From positions 248,001 through 308,290 of the forward strand of contig RSEE01000084.1 in NCBI GenBank assembly GCA_003971905.1: a stretch of DNA of 60,290 bases, written 5' to 3'. Positions 1 to 12,366 of the stretch are shown here, one piece after another. Under the pieces are notes generated by a model, which was not told the DNA's origin, made no database searches, and was given only the letters and a program-made list of their open reading frames with translations. Origin of the DNA: Moniliella sp. 'wahieum'. Its lineage: Eukaryota. Position 1 is the stretch's first letter; every line of letters begins with the position of its first letter. The position numbers and the translations under genes are program-made.

Positions 1-1390
1 AGGAATATAGTAATCGATAACCGAGGATCCATGCACCATGCACGTTGTTGCACGAAGCAGCTTGCATCACCGTCACCATCAGCATCATCAAATTGACCAC
101 TGCAGTGCTGGCCATTCATCATTCGATGAGGCATATCCTGCGGATGACTCTGGGTTTAATGCTACTAGCTGAGCTCGTGCCAACCAAATTAGGAAGTCAA
201 GGGTTTGTCGCCAGTCGGTCAGACCGTCCTCAGGCATCAGGCTAAGGCCTAAGAACCCTTTCGCCCCTTCCATTACTTGTTCCCAAACCGGATGTAATAT
301 GTAACGCGAGTGCTGGATACGAAAAGGAGTCTAAGGTAGGCATGTGAGCAATATCGAGGAACCCCGTCAGTCTCTCCAATGGTGCTCGCAGACTTGAAGC
401 TTGAAGCTTCAACTTGAAGTCTATTTGGAATAGTCGATAGTCCAACGTCCATTAGTATATATGGACCGAAAATCGACGACCACTACTCGGCCCACTTGCT
501 AAGATGACCATGTGACATGTGATTCGTGTGGTGTGTTGTGTGTGACACGGAAGTGATGCATGTGATGTGTGGCAACCGAAGGAGTGATATGTGACAGTGG
601 CTGGTCTGCTAAACGTTACGCGTTACCGCGCGTTAACGTTAAACGCGGTAAACGTTAAAACGAATGATTAATGAATTACTACACTCAATACTCAGTACTC
701 AGTCTGAGTACTCACGTAGTCACTAGTCACCACCATAGTCACTACTGTGCTCTGTCGCGTGTGTGCCACACCTCGTACCTGCCACTACAGTTGGCTTCCT
801 TCCTCTTTCAGCAGTCTGGACCAAAGCCGACAACGCAGCGGCGCCACCAGCCGTACCAGGTTCGTACACGCGATCCACAGTACCCCCTGTGCGCGCTTGG
901 TTGCCCTGTAGTCACTAGGACCACTACTATAGCTCGTCATTAAAATTTAAAGGCGATATAGTCCCTTACAGTATAGCTACTAGAGTTACTCAAGTCTCGC
1001 AGGGAGGCTAAAAAATTACCGTTTCCCAGTACTAGTAGTAGATGTGGGCGTACAGTGCGTTGAGCCCTGTTGAGCCTCCCGGTTGAGCGTTTTCACATGT
1101 AAGGTTAAGCGCGCAGGCATCGAAAACTGTACACATGCATCTCGATAATGCTATAGATATTGGTTACTCGAACCAATCAACAAACGATAAGGGCGCGAGC
1201 GCCCCCAAAGGCCAAGAGGATTGGCCCTTAGTTGAAGGGCTTTAAACTGAAATCCTGTACGCCTTCTTTTTGAAGCGTTAAAACGACTTGGAAGCCTTAC
1301 GCTGTGGCAGCAGCTTATTGAATGATAGTATGACGTGAGTAATGACGTTGCTATATATATATGATCAAGCTGATCAAGATCGCGTCCATT

Positions 1391-1697
1391 TCATTGACAG
1401 AGCTTAAGGCTGTGGGACAGGGGGAACGCTACGTCTAAACCTAACCGTTCACCTTGCGGGGGTTACTTGGAAGCGCCACTAATGTCAAGGAATCAGGGGG
1501 ATCGCCAGGATATCAGGACCCTCCGGTTCTCGCCATCCGGTCCCGTACCCTAGGAAGCGCGTGTGGAGACACGGATGAACGTGGTTGACATCCGAGCGAG
1601 GAACCATTTCCACTGAGACTTCACCAATGCGCAAACAACTTGCCCGCCGTCTCGGTGCCGCAGTATCCTCGCGTCGTCAAAACCAGGGGGAAAAACG
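1391..1697. repeat. Dispersed ~300-bp repeat, copy 1 (probable old LTR/transposon fragment)
   Basis: Collinear similarity to 46135-46450, with shared blocks TCATTGACAGAGCTTAAG, ATCGCCAGGATATCAGGACCCTC, GACACGGATGAACGTGGT, CCGAGCGAGGAAC and CGCGTCGTCAAAACCAGGGG. Confidence 0.85.
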
Positions 1698-4600
1698 ACT
1701 CTTGAGTGCGTCCCTGGTACTTGGATCAAGGTTATATTATTAGTTGACGGTGACGTTGACGTTGAACCTACTTTTAAAGCTCTGTTTTGAAGGGCATCGA
1801 GAGAGTCTTTTATATAAAAGAGAGATACTTGAGATGTGTTCGAGCTCCTATCCCGCGTAAAATGAATGTATGGAAAGTGAATCGACATCACAATACGATG
1901 TCATGCCATGCCTGCGCCTTCGCTCATCGAGCTCATCTTTGTCTGAATTAATATGCATTTTCAGTCAAGACCTCGTCTATCCTCGTCTCTATGCTCTGCT
2001 TCCTCTTCTGCACCCCGTCGTCTGTTGCTTTTCTCGGTCTTCAACGACGCCGTTTGTTTGGTCAGGGTTCTGTACTTTCTCATAGTTATAAGAGCGGGAG
2101 AGTGTAAATCTCAACAATTAGTGAAACCTCTCGCTTTGTGCCACCGTCGGGGCTAAGGTCGCTAAGACGAGGGAGAGACCAATGAGATGAGAGGAAGACA
2201 AATGGAAGAATCCCGTCCTGGTTGCGCTTCCTTTCTCTTCTATACAATTAATATGTTCTCTTCTCTTTTCCCGTTCCCTTGTTCCCCCACACAAGAGTTT
2301 TCAGACGCTATACCTCTCTGAGAGGGCCGATCATTAGTGCACAACGTCCCTTCCCATCTATCCGACCAAGTAAGCCTCTCTTCTGATTCCAGCCAAACCT
2401 CCTTCTCCAGTCAGTGTAGTGCTCTTTTTTCTCCCTTGGTTTTGTTTTCAACAATCCTCTACGCCGCTCCCTGGCCCAAAATCCGTTCTCTGTCATTCAC
2501 AGTGCAGTTATGTCACATATTAGAAAAACACACATATCTCTGATAATGATCCCCCGTCTGAAGCCGACGTGAATCACAGTGGTCAGAGTCACGACCCCAA
2601 TTGATCGAGGTTGGAGAATACAGCTCATCTCGGATCAATCATACGTGGGTGGGAAAAAAACTTCGTATGTGGATGATATGCATTGGGGCATACATGGCAT
2701 ATGACTATTATCGCCGATGGGCCTATAGAGGATTGAGGGAGACGGGTGGGAGGCAAAATACAGGCTCCAGAACCCAACATCATACCCAATTTCAATAGAT
2801 GAAACCAGCCGGAGATGCCAAAGCAGTGGGTATCAGAGAAAATAATCAGGACCCTCCGTTCTCATCATGACGGCCATACATCGCTTAACAAACAGTGATC
2901 AAGTGGGTCTGATCCTGACAATCGAAAACCACCATAGAAGTCCATCGCGGGCGTCCTCTGGTACTCGACGCGCAGCCCGCGCCTTCCTTTTAATTAGACC
3001 TGTGCCTCAGGCTATTCCCATGCCCGATCCAGTCGGCGCACCCACTGCCGCTCCCTCCGTCCTACTTTGTATGTTCTACTCCCTCTAGGGCATAATGTCT
3101 CGATTAGCTGCAGGATGATCACTGACGACCCCCACTACAGCTATTTAAGAACTTTCAACGCAAGAGGGATGATGGGATTGCGTTGCCATTCGTTTTACTC
3201 TGGTTGGAGTGCAATCTTTTTCTGAATGAAGTGCCCCCTTTTTCTGCACGATCCATCGGTCTTTTGCGCCGCACCATAGCAAACATCTGATCCGATTGTT
3301 TTCTTCCCCCCGTAGGGGTCGGAATCTTGATGCAGTGCTGCTTGCGCCCAACCGCATCCTCAAAAGTATACGTTGGTCTTGCTGGGCCACCACAGAGAGC
3401 TACTATGCTATACTAACGGTAGATATATGTACCCCCAAGTAAATGATGCAAGCGTCCCACCCTCAAGTTCTTGACGCGTCCCGTCCATCGTTACTTCTAC
3501 ACCCTCCGCGGGAAGCAGCTCGAGCTCTACGGTGCATAGCCAACTATGGTGCATCCATCATGTATCCCTCTCTCCTATCCGTCTTTTTCTCGGCAGAAAC
3601 TAACATGCCAAAAGTATGTAGGAAAAGACTGTGCGGGTGGACTACTGTTGGGGCTGACAGACGGTACTAACAGAGTATTCGCCTATTTTTCATTGTGTTA
3701 GCAGTGAGTGCAGGATGTGTGGAAGGTGGTTCATGTTTGGGAGCCAGGGCTAGGACAGGCACCGTTTGTGGCTGGTGCAGTTGCACGCAGCTGTGGACTT
3801 ATATCGGCTATTATGATGCCTTGTTTCTACATTTCCTTTTCGCCCCAGAGCCTCACCTGGCCAAGAACGGCTAACAGGAGATGGAGATGGGGAGGAAAAG
3901 GATGTGGATCATATTTATCGAGTGGAAAGAGGGCGGGGTATATATGCCTCGGAGAAGAAGAGATCATGCGAGCTAAATTACGCAGAGAAAGAAAGGGGAG
4001 CATAGGCAAAGGGGGGAAACAGGGTTTAGATTAACAATCAGAGACCAACAGTCAACCCGGTGACTAGAAGGGCGACCATGTGGGTCTGATCCCGACAACC
4101 GCAGGAATCCATATAGAAGTGCGTCAGGTTGGGGGCAGGCTGGGCGCGGTGCTATTTGCTTTTGTCGCGCATCGCATCTTGACCTAAGCGGGTTTTCGAT
4201 TGGGGGGCCTATATGCCCCCATGGACTCGGCGTTACCAAAACGGTCCGGGATCGCAGGCAGTGCGGCATCAGTCCGTTTTGACCTCGTCACCTTCATAAT
4301 TGGGCCCAAGTATGTTGGGCCCAATGCCCCCCACACATGCTGCGCCATATGCAAACGGCAGGCTCACTGGCGAATGTAGCGCTGCCGCCGCTCCATCGAT
4401 TTTGATTCGACGTGATGCGTATCCGTCTCTCTCTCACATGCACGTCCTTGGCTACAGTGGCGCCAAAAGGCCATCGTGCTTGAACAGCCCGGCTTGTCCA
4501 CGGAGTGTTTGATGGTGCAGTGGGCGGCTCTCTCTGCTGTCGTTGCCATTGCCACTGCCATGCCTGTGTATTGGGCCTGGTTCTGGTGTCTGCGTTCAGG

Positions 4601-4925
4601 GTCTCAGGCACCAAGCCTGGCCTCAGCCTCAGGCTGAGGCTGGCGCTGAGGCGCTGGGGGTGATTAATGCTTAATGATTGCAACAGCGCTGGTGCCAGCT
4701 GGACGAGGCGCTGTTGGGCCGTGCTTGGCGTTCTGAAATGTTGGATAGGATGCTGTGTCGGCGTGTTCTGCGAGCAACTTCGGTTAACGTTCAGTTGAAC
4801 CCACACGCGACCTGATCAATTCCTGATCCCTGATTCCTGATCCTGGCTGCTACCACTTACAACACCCCTTTCGTCCCGCTCACACCGAGCCCCTGCCGCT
4901 CCCCCCCTCCCCCCTCCCCGCGCCG

Positions 4926-7381
4926 ATGGCTCTGCCGCCGCCCGCGCTGCTCGCCAGCCTAGCGGTCGTGGGCCAGCTCTTCATCTCTCTCTCCCTCGTC
5001 AGCAGCACCTTTCTGGCCCCCGCCCTCGCCGCCCTCGCCGACGCATTGGCCCTGGATGAACCCACGGCAGGGGTCACTCTACTGGCCTGGGAAACGCCGC
5101 CCCCGATGCCGCGGGTGCGCTGGCTGCCGTCCGCCGTGGTGCCGCTCAGCTGGCGCTCGGCGAGCTCTTGGGTGCCGCCGCCCTCGTATCCACCCTTGTT
5201 GCGGGCGTCGTCATCCTAGCCGCTGCCCTGCTTCCACCACTTCCTACCCGCCTCGCAGGTCCCATTTGGGCTTGCCCCGCCGTGCATTTGCCCGCGATAT
5301 TGCAGCTCTCATTGTGGGCGTGTCGGGCGCCTTGGTGGGGATTATCTGCTTTGCTGGATTTACCCTACGCTCATGCATTGCCTTCTTGGCCCTCTACGCT
5401 CTCTACGCCGCCGATGTGCTGGCCCCTCCCGCGGGACTTCGTTTCTTCCGTCACCTGCTCCGCCCTGGTGGCGCTGGACCGATCCGCCTCCCGCCTGATC
5501 GCGACGATTCTGCGCTGCCCCTGACGCGCTCCCCCGTCCCGTACTGAGCCCGAGCGCTTCTCCCTTTGAGTCCGAGTCAGAGGACAATGGAGCCGATGCG
5601 CGTCACCATGCCTTGGCTCTGGGTGCTCCCCACTCCCTGCTGGCCGCCCTCGAGTTTCGCGACGTGGTGGCTCATCTTGACGCAGAAGCATCCATATCCC
5701 GGAGCGAAACTCAGAGCCTTGATGGGGACTCTACACCGCACGACGAGCTCTCTGATGGGTTATCCCGTCCTTCTCTCCATCGCTTTCCCACCGATAGCGT
5801 TGTGCATCAAAAGCACCCTGGCTGGTCGGATCAGGCATGGAGACACCCGACCCCGCTGATTTCCTCTCTCCCCTCTCCCTCCTCCTTTTCTTCCCTCCAA
5901 CAACCACCTGCTGAGAACCCCGGCTCACCCTTGTCCTCGTCCCCTACCTCCATGCAGGCAGCATCCGACGGAGATAACGCCCCACCAATCTCTGAGCAAG
6001 ACTATGCCCCCCATTCCCGCTGGCGTACATTCCGCCTTGCCCTGTTACCCGCCTTGCCTGTCATCCGCGGCAAGGCAGGCGAGAGCATCAGCACCCGTAT
6101 TCTGGCCCCTTGAGCACCCCTCCTCTCTTCTTTTCTCCTCACCATTCCCATCCCTTCCGCGGCGGCGGAACATGCTCAAGCTCAGGCCGAATCAACATCC
6201 ACTACGGCCGCCACAGAACCAACGAGCGCACGCACCCACAAGCGCCGGGACATTGCTGCTCAGGCGCGTTCCCGCGCCGCCGCTCGTCAGGCAGCGAGGG
6301 CGATTGTACTTCCCCCCCTCCACGCTGGATTTGTGCCCGGGTTTGTGGTTTGGTCCACCTGGCCAGAACATAGCCCGTCGGACACGGCCTATGTGCCTAG
6401 GTGGGCAGGTGCCTACACATCCTCGCTCCGTGCCATGGGCTTGTGGAGTAAATGGGAGGCGGTGACGCAGCGCCTTTCTCCAGTCCAGGCAGCCTTGGTG
6501 GCGGCCATGTTGGGCTGGACCATTTTTGCGGTCCGGTTGGTCCGGAGAAAATGGCTGGCCGCACGAAGCGCTGTCCCTCCCCACCCGCGCCCTGGTAGAT
6601 ACGATCCTCAGCGCACCGCCACTGGCTTGAGCACGCACTCGCTCCAGACCCTCTGGACCGATCGCGACGAGTCTTGGGATTCGGAGCGGACCACCCCGTC
6701 TGGGCAGTTCCCCCCTCCCTCTGAACAGCTCATCCCGCCCCTTGGCGCGATGGAAGAGGGCTATCTTGCTGCTCTCGCGCCTACTGTCAGTCGGTGGCAT
6801 CAGCTTGCCCCCTTAACGCTGGCGTTGTCACAAGTGTCTTGTGGATCACGACGACCGTTGGCTGGCTGGTGGACTTGCTGGAAGATGGGGGGAAGCAATG
6901 GGAGTCTCTCAAGCTGGTACGTCCCTTTTCTCCGTTCCTCCCGCTTGCCCACTGCATGTGCTTGTACTTGGACTCTAACCTTTCTCGTTAGTTCTCGGTG
7001 CGACTGTGTTTGCGCTGGGCAACTCCCTCGGCGACCTGGTGGCCAACCTGGCGCTGGCGCGCATCCACCCGCACATGGCTCTTGCCGCCTGCTTTGCCAC
7101 CCCGTTGCTCAACTTGACGCTGGGGTGGGGCTGGCGGGCAGCTTGACCATCTTCTTCCGCTGCCGGATGGGCCGCACGGCAAGGTGACAGTGCACGCCAC
7201 GCCTCCGCTGCTGATTGCCGGGGGCGGGTGCGTGGTGAGTCTGGTGGTTCTGCTGGGGTATCTGGTGCGGTCCAAGTGGATGCTGGAGCGGCAGACGGGC
7301 ACTGCGCTCCTTGCCTATGTGTTGATGTTTGCCGCGGGCTTGGTGGTGGAGCTGACGGGGCGCTACACGTCGGGGGCGTAG
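4926..7381 (+). CDS. Cation/Ca2+ exchanger (CaCA superfamily, CCX/Ecm27-like); frameshifted in the assembly; intron ~6917-6991
   Basis: alpha-1 motif GVTLLA(L)GNAAPD at ~5070-5107 and alpha-2 motif LGATVFALGNSLGDLVANL...ACFATPLLNL at ~6993-7115; many hydrophobic TM segments; GTACGT..CTAAC..TAG intron; TAG stop at 7379-7381. Confidence 0.85.
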
Positions 7382-7610
7382 CGAAGGACCGAGTGCTGCA
7401 TGGGGGGGAGAGGAGGGTTGTGGGCCACCACGCAAGGTTGGGGCGGGTGGTGGTGATGTTGGAACTGTAAATGTAAGCTACATTGCGTGCGTTGCAATGC
7501 TCTGCCCGTGTTTGTCCATCGTACAGCGATAGTATTACTCACAGAGATCGGGGAGACGCGATGAGATGATAGAAGAGAGAACTCATGCATTGTTTTCGCC
7601 CGACGTATAT

Positions 7611-7708
7611 GTCGGGTTAGCTCAGATGGGAGAGCGTGAGATTGAAGTGTGCTTCAATAAAAATCCTCAGGATTCCTCAAGGTCCCCGGTTCGATCCGGG
7701 ACACGACA
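7611..7708 (+). tRNA. tRNA-Phe (GAA) with intron
   Basis: A box TAGCTCAGATGGG, anticodon loop TTGAAG, an intron containing CTTCAAT complementary to the anticodon loop, T arm CCCGGTTCGATCCGGG, acceptor GTCGGGT/ACACGAC (one mismatch), T-rich terminator downstream. Confidence 0.85.
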
Positions 7709-8015
7709 TTTTCTTTTTCTGGCGGCCCCGCCCGTTAGGCTTGATTTCTGACTGTGCGCCCTGGAGAGCACCGCCGTTGTATGGATCAGTTCCTCTTCCA
7801 AAGCGGCTGCCCCACCCAGTTCTGTGTCAGAGACATCGCGCGCTCTGATCCCAACCCACCAGCATGGCGCCTACAGCTCATGTCGCTCTCATCATCTTAC
7901 CACCTCCATCGCATCGGCGCCTATCGACCTCTGGTTGCATCTGCATGCAGTCATGGCAGACCAAGTAACGTGTGTGTGTACAACTGATGCCGATAGCAGG
8001 GGGGTAACAACCAGC

Positions 8016-9692
8016 CTAGTCGTCCGCCATCAGTGCTTCCAGCTCAGCTTCCTCATCAGCTGTCATGCCAAAGGCTCCCGGCTGATCTCCTTGGGGGGCG
8101 GGGATCGGATCGGCCGGAGCTGGGGCCGGAGTCGGGGCCGGGGCAGGAGGTCGTCCACCTTCCAGCGCCGCACCACGCCATCCAGGCCCGAAGAAACAAT
8201 GTAAGGCACTTCGCTCCACGTCCAATACACGAGTCCCGTGACCTCGTGCCAGTGGGCAGGTACGACCCGACGCAGCCACTGGTCGCTGGGCGTAGTGTCC
8301 AGCTGGTCTGGGCCCGGCGCTGGCACTGACCACACCCTCAGGTCCTCATCCGCCCCAGCCGTTACCACCGCCAACCGATCTCCGTCGCCCACCATTATGG
8401 GCAGCATCAGCGCCGCCCGACCAGCGTCCGGTAGGGGCAGCACATACGACGCATACAGCGGCGCATCCTTGCCCGGCAGCGGCGTCGCCTTTGACGACCG
8501 TTCCGTCCAGCACCATGGCCGCCCCAAGGCCCAGGCCGCACCCCGGCCGGAAGAGGATCCAAAATCCACCCACGGACAGTCTTGTCACCGCTGGCAGACC
8601 AAAGGATGCGGATCGGCACTTCCTCTTCCTCCTCCTCTGCCTCCTCATTGGATTGTCCCACCGCTCTCGGTTTCCACCGCCACCACGCCGATAGACAAGG
8701 CATTGACCGCCGTCTCGTGGCCTCGCAGCTCACGACGCAGGTTCAATTGCAACGCGCCATTTGTGTCCCGGGCCAAGGTGTACCCCGATCCGGCCCATCG
8801 AGTCGGCGGCAAAGAAAGTGGCACGCTGGGTCCGACTGCCCCGCACCTTGGGGGGTGCAACCAAGAGGGCAAGGATGGGGCGGGAGTGAAGACGCAACGC
8901 GGCGACCGGAACGGGGAGAGGAAGCGCTGCGGTGCCTGGGCATGCTGGGCGGGGGAACAGACGGCCCACCCCATGGTTGCGCCAGAACACGCCATGTACT
9001 CGGGGCCATCTTTTGCAGTGCGTCGACCAGAGGAGCAGCATCGTAGACCCGGATTGTAGCGTCGCTGCCTGACACGATGACGGCCTTGGTGTGGGTCCCA
9101 GGCCAACGCCTTGACCAGGTCCGCCGACACGTCGGGAAGGACAATGATCGGCCTGGCAAGAGCCACCTTGGCTGGCGGTTGAGGCGCGGCGTTGGGGCAG
9201 GGACCAACGTGTCGGAGCGTGGGGGAGGGGCAAACGCCTCGTCCACAGGTGGGTCCAGTGCGAAGAACCGCAGCGACTTGTCCCACCCTGATGTGATCAT
9301 CAGTGCACGTCCCGATGTAAGGGGCAACACTGCCGCGACAGGCCCTGCTGGCCGGATAGGTGGCCAAGCTGGCCCCCGAGATGGCGTGCACAGCGCGGAC
9401 GATGCCTGAGGCCTCGGTTACGGCCATCACATCACGTGGGGCTGCGGCAAGGAGAGGGCTTTGAAGCGTCCGCCGTCCAGCGCGGCACCGCGGGTGGGGT
9501 CCAGGGTGTGTTGGGAGGAAAACTTGACCCGAGGATTGTGGCCGGCGGGCACGCCAATGCCGGCCAAACTGATGGGCCAGCCAGATGGGCAGTGAAGCTG
9601 GCAAGCTGTTGGGCACGCTGTGCTCGCCGCTCGCCCGTCGCCTGTGCTGCGCCCGACTGAAAGAGTGTGCGCGGATCGGATGAGTACGACAT
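8016..9692 (-). CDS. WD40-repeat protein (frameshifted in the assembly)
   Basis: Successive WD40 signatures across frames: ITSGWDKSLRFF, DLVKALAWD, VSGSDATIRVYD, LRGHETAVNAL, WSASGDKTVRGW, TAGADEDLRVW, AHWHEVTGL..SSGLDGVVRRW; C-terminus EAELEALMADD*. Confidence 0.85.
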
Positions 9693-9855
9693 GTTCGATC
9701 GGCAGATGGTGGTGAACAAGGGCCAAGAAGAATGGGAAAGAACGCGGTCGATGTTCCACGCGTGCCCCTGGTTGGAGCCATCGCGCAGTCTCCGGCAATC
9801 TGACCGGTGCACTACATTGATCGGTGATTCTGCCTAACTCTTGCCAGCCAAAAAA

Positions 9856-9932
9856 AGGTCCCACTGGGATTCGAACCCAGGTTTCAGGAAATTGATCAAA
9901 TCCTACTTGCTAACCAACTACAATATGGAACC
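9856..9932 (-). tRNA. tRNA-Gln-like gene (probably TTG) with an atypical 11-nt anticodon loop or very short intron
   Basis: Minus strand GGTTCCA-TA-TTGTAGTTGGTTAGCAA-G-TAGGA-TTTGATCAATT-TCCTG-AAAC-CTGGGTTCGAATCCCAG-TGGGACC-T followed by a T run. The body matches eukaryotic tRNA-Gln. Confidence 0.8.
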
Positions 9933-10061
9933 GATATACTCAGAAGCTCCTAGCTCGGGTCTTAACATCATTTTATGCTTCACTCACCCCTTGGCGCCTT
10001 CAATATGCACTGCCTGGGAGTAATGGCTGGGCAGACTCGAGTTGACGTGAAGGCGGTGAAG

Positions 10062-11700
10062 TGTCTGGAAACCCCGTACGAGAGTGTCCAATGCCTGAGA
10101 GGCGGATGAGGCAAAGTGCGACAAGAGTCTTTTCTTCACTTTCACATCTCGTCGCGGCTATACTCTTCTCTTCTCAAAGGGCTCGGGTGCTTCTTAGTTG
10201 CTCTTGAGAAACCTCCCCTGTAGAGAAACTCCTAAAGACGAACGACGTACGGGCCACGCAGCCTAAGACCTATTTGGAGAAGTACTCCACTTTGCCTTGA
10301 GAGCAAGAGCGGTCAGATGCTATAAGATGAGCTGGTATACGAGCCCCCGTTTGCGAAAATCTGAATGAGAACTGGTGTTGGGACCCACCTGTACGTAGGC
10401 CGAGGCGCCATATCTAGGCCCGGTGATCACCCTTGGCCCCTTATTTTGACCTCCGAAGCCTCCACGTGTATACTCCGGCTTGTTCGAACCCCTGTCTCCT
10501 TCACGGGTGTGACAGCAAGCTTTAGACTCATCCCGACCACCACCACCATCGACATCGCATTGTTCTAATCCTCCAGAGGTTCATTACCCACAACCCCATG
10601 GGTTCCTTCGGTCTTACAGAGTCCAATCCTCTTGACGCCAATCCCTGAACTTTGACGATCAATTGATGATGTCCTGGATCAATACCTATCTCCCCCCGGC
10701 GGGCGCAGCGCCACCACTGTTAACGTTGCCGCACAGACTTTTTCTGACTACCAGTATACCTACCAATTCTTTGGGACAATGCGCCCCCCATGCACGCCGA
10801 ACAGCATGGCACGTACATGGCACAGCTGACCGCGTGTACCACCCACATGGATGTTCTCACCACATTGCTACCCCTTTATCGCAATGATGTTTCGGCTGCA
10901 GGCTCCGTTCACAAGTGCCTCATTAAACTGCATAAGCAGATATCGCACCTTATGAGGTTCCATGCGCAAGAGTCTTGGTTCAACTCCTCGACCTCACTTC
11001 TTACCACTCCCATTGCAGAGAACGCTCTCACCCTCGATGAAGGTGCACGCGTTTATTCAGACTCTGAGATTTGTGATCTACTGAGAAAGGCCATCACTAC
11101 CAAAATGGGTACCAACTCGGGCCGCCAATACCTGAATGAGTTCACCATGGCAGTACGCCAGTACGAGATGGCATCACGGCCAAGCTGTGCGATACTGCGC
11201 TGGCCCAAATGTTACGGGCGGGTGTCACTACTGATCGGGGGTGGCTGTACCTCCATCGCAACAGCAGCTACGCCGAGGTGCGCCAGGCGGTGACTCTACT
11301 CGAAGCTTCCAGCACGGAAGTGCCCCAAGTGCAACCTCGGCCCCCTCAATCCCGGCGCCCTCGGAAGCCGCGACGCACAGCCAGACGAGCATGACCGGGA
11401 GAGCGCGGACGAGGCCGCGGTGGCGCCGGCGGCTACCGAGGTCGTAGTTCCGAGGCAGTTACCGTGGTGGCCATCGAGGTGGCTATTTGGGTCGCCGGCT
11501 CACAGCGGTGGGCCAGACCGCTGCATCTGCTCATGCAGTAGCTCTTGCTTGCCATCACACCACCACCGAGTCGGTTACAGTGCCTGAACCGGACTGCGCC
11601 GGATGCAAGATGAGGTGTAGGAGGATAGTGCGGAAGGTACCACACCAGCCAACCTGCCCGTGCCACACGATTCAAGTGAGGGCCATCGGCATTCAAGACC
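10062..11700 (+). mobile_element. Possible degenerate LTR-retroelement remnant (TGTC...GACA segment 10062-10514 followed by a broken gag-like ORF)
   Basis: 453-bp non-coding segment with TGTC/GACA inverted termini, then a frameshifted helical ORF (10598-~11400) of no recognisable host family, ending in a basic low-complexity tail and a decayed Cys/His stretch. No pol seen. Confidence 0.3.
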
Positions 11701-12366
11701 GAAGCGCATTTGTCAATCCGTCCACACCGCGGAGACCTCATAATAGCACAGTGGCAAGGGCGTAGTAGGTCGCATATACACTCGAGTCATCGACACTATT
11801 GGCATGTACATCCAAACACAGAACCCCTATTCGCATCCATCTTCCGGTAGTTTCTACTGCCCTCAGCCTCATGCACATGCCCAAGCAAACCCCTTAGCGC
11901 TTACCATCGCGCTTAACCACCATCGGCTCCCACATGCACACGCCCCCCACCGGCGTGCAGTCCTTAGCGATTGCTCCCCGATCATCGATTATCGATTAGC
12001 GCTGGGGCGAGAGGCGCCGAGTTAAGCTTTAAGCTGCTACAGGGCCCGTTGCCGCCGTGCCGCGGAGTGTGTCTGAGTCGGTGCCTGAGTGAGCGCTCAG
12101 GCTGAGCGCTGATCGACTGAGTACTGATCGATGATCGCTGATTTCTGGCAACCCTGTCGATCTTAAAGCACAGAAGGGTCTGGCTAGTTTTGGCTACATA
12201 CGCCGTTCCCAGCAGGCGCCCCTTCTTGCGCCTCGGCCTTACCCCTTGCCTGGCAGTTACAGCTGGCGCTGCCCCCACGTGCTGCGCTGCTGCTGCTGCC
12301 CTCGCCCAGCCGCTTGTCCGCGCCACTGCCACCACCGCTGCCCTGGCCGCCGCCACGCCCAGCCCC

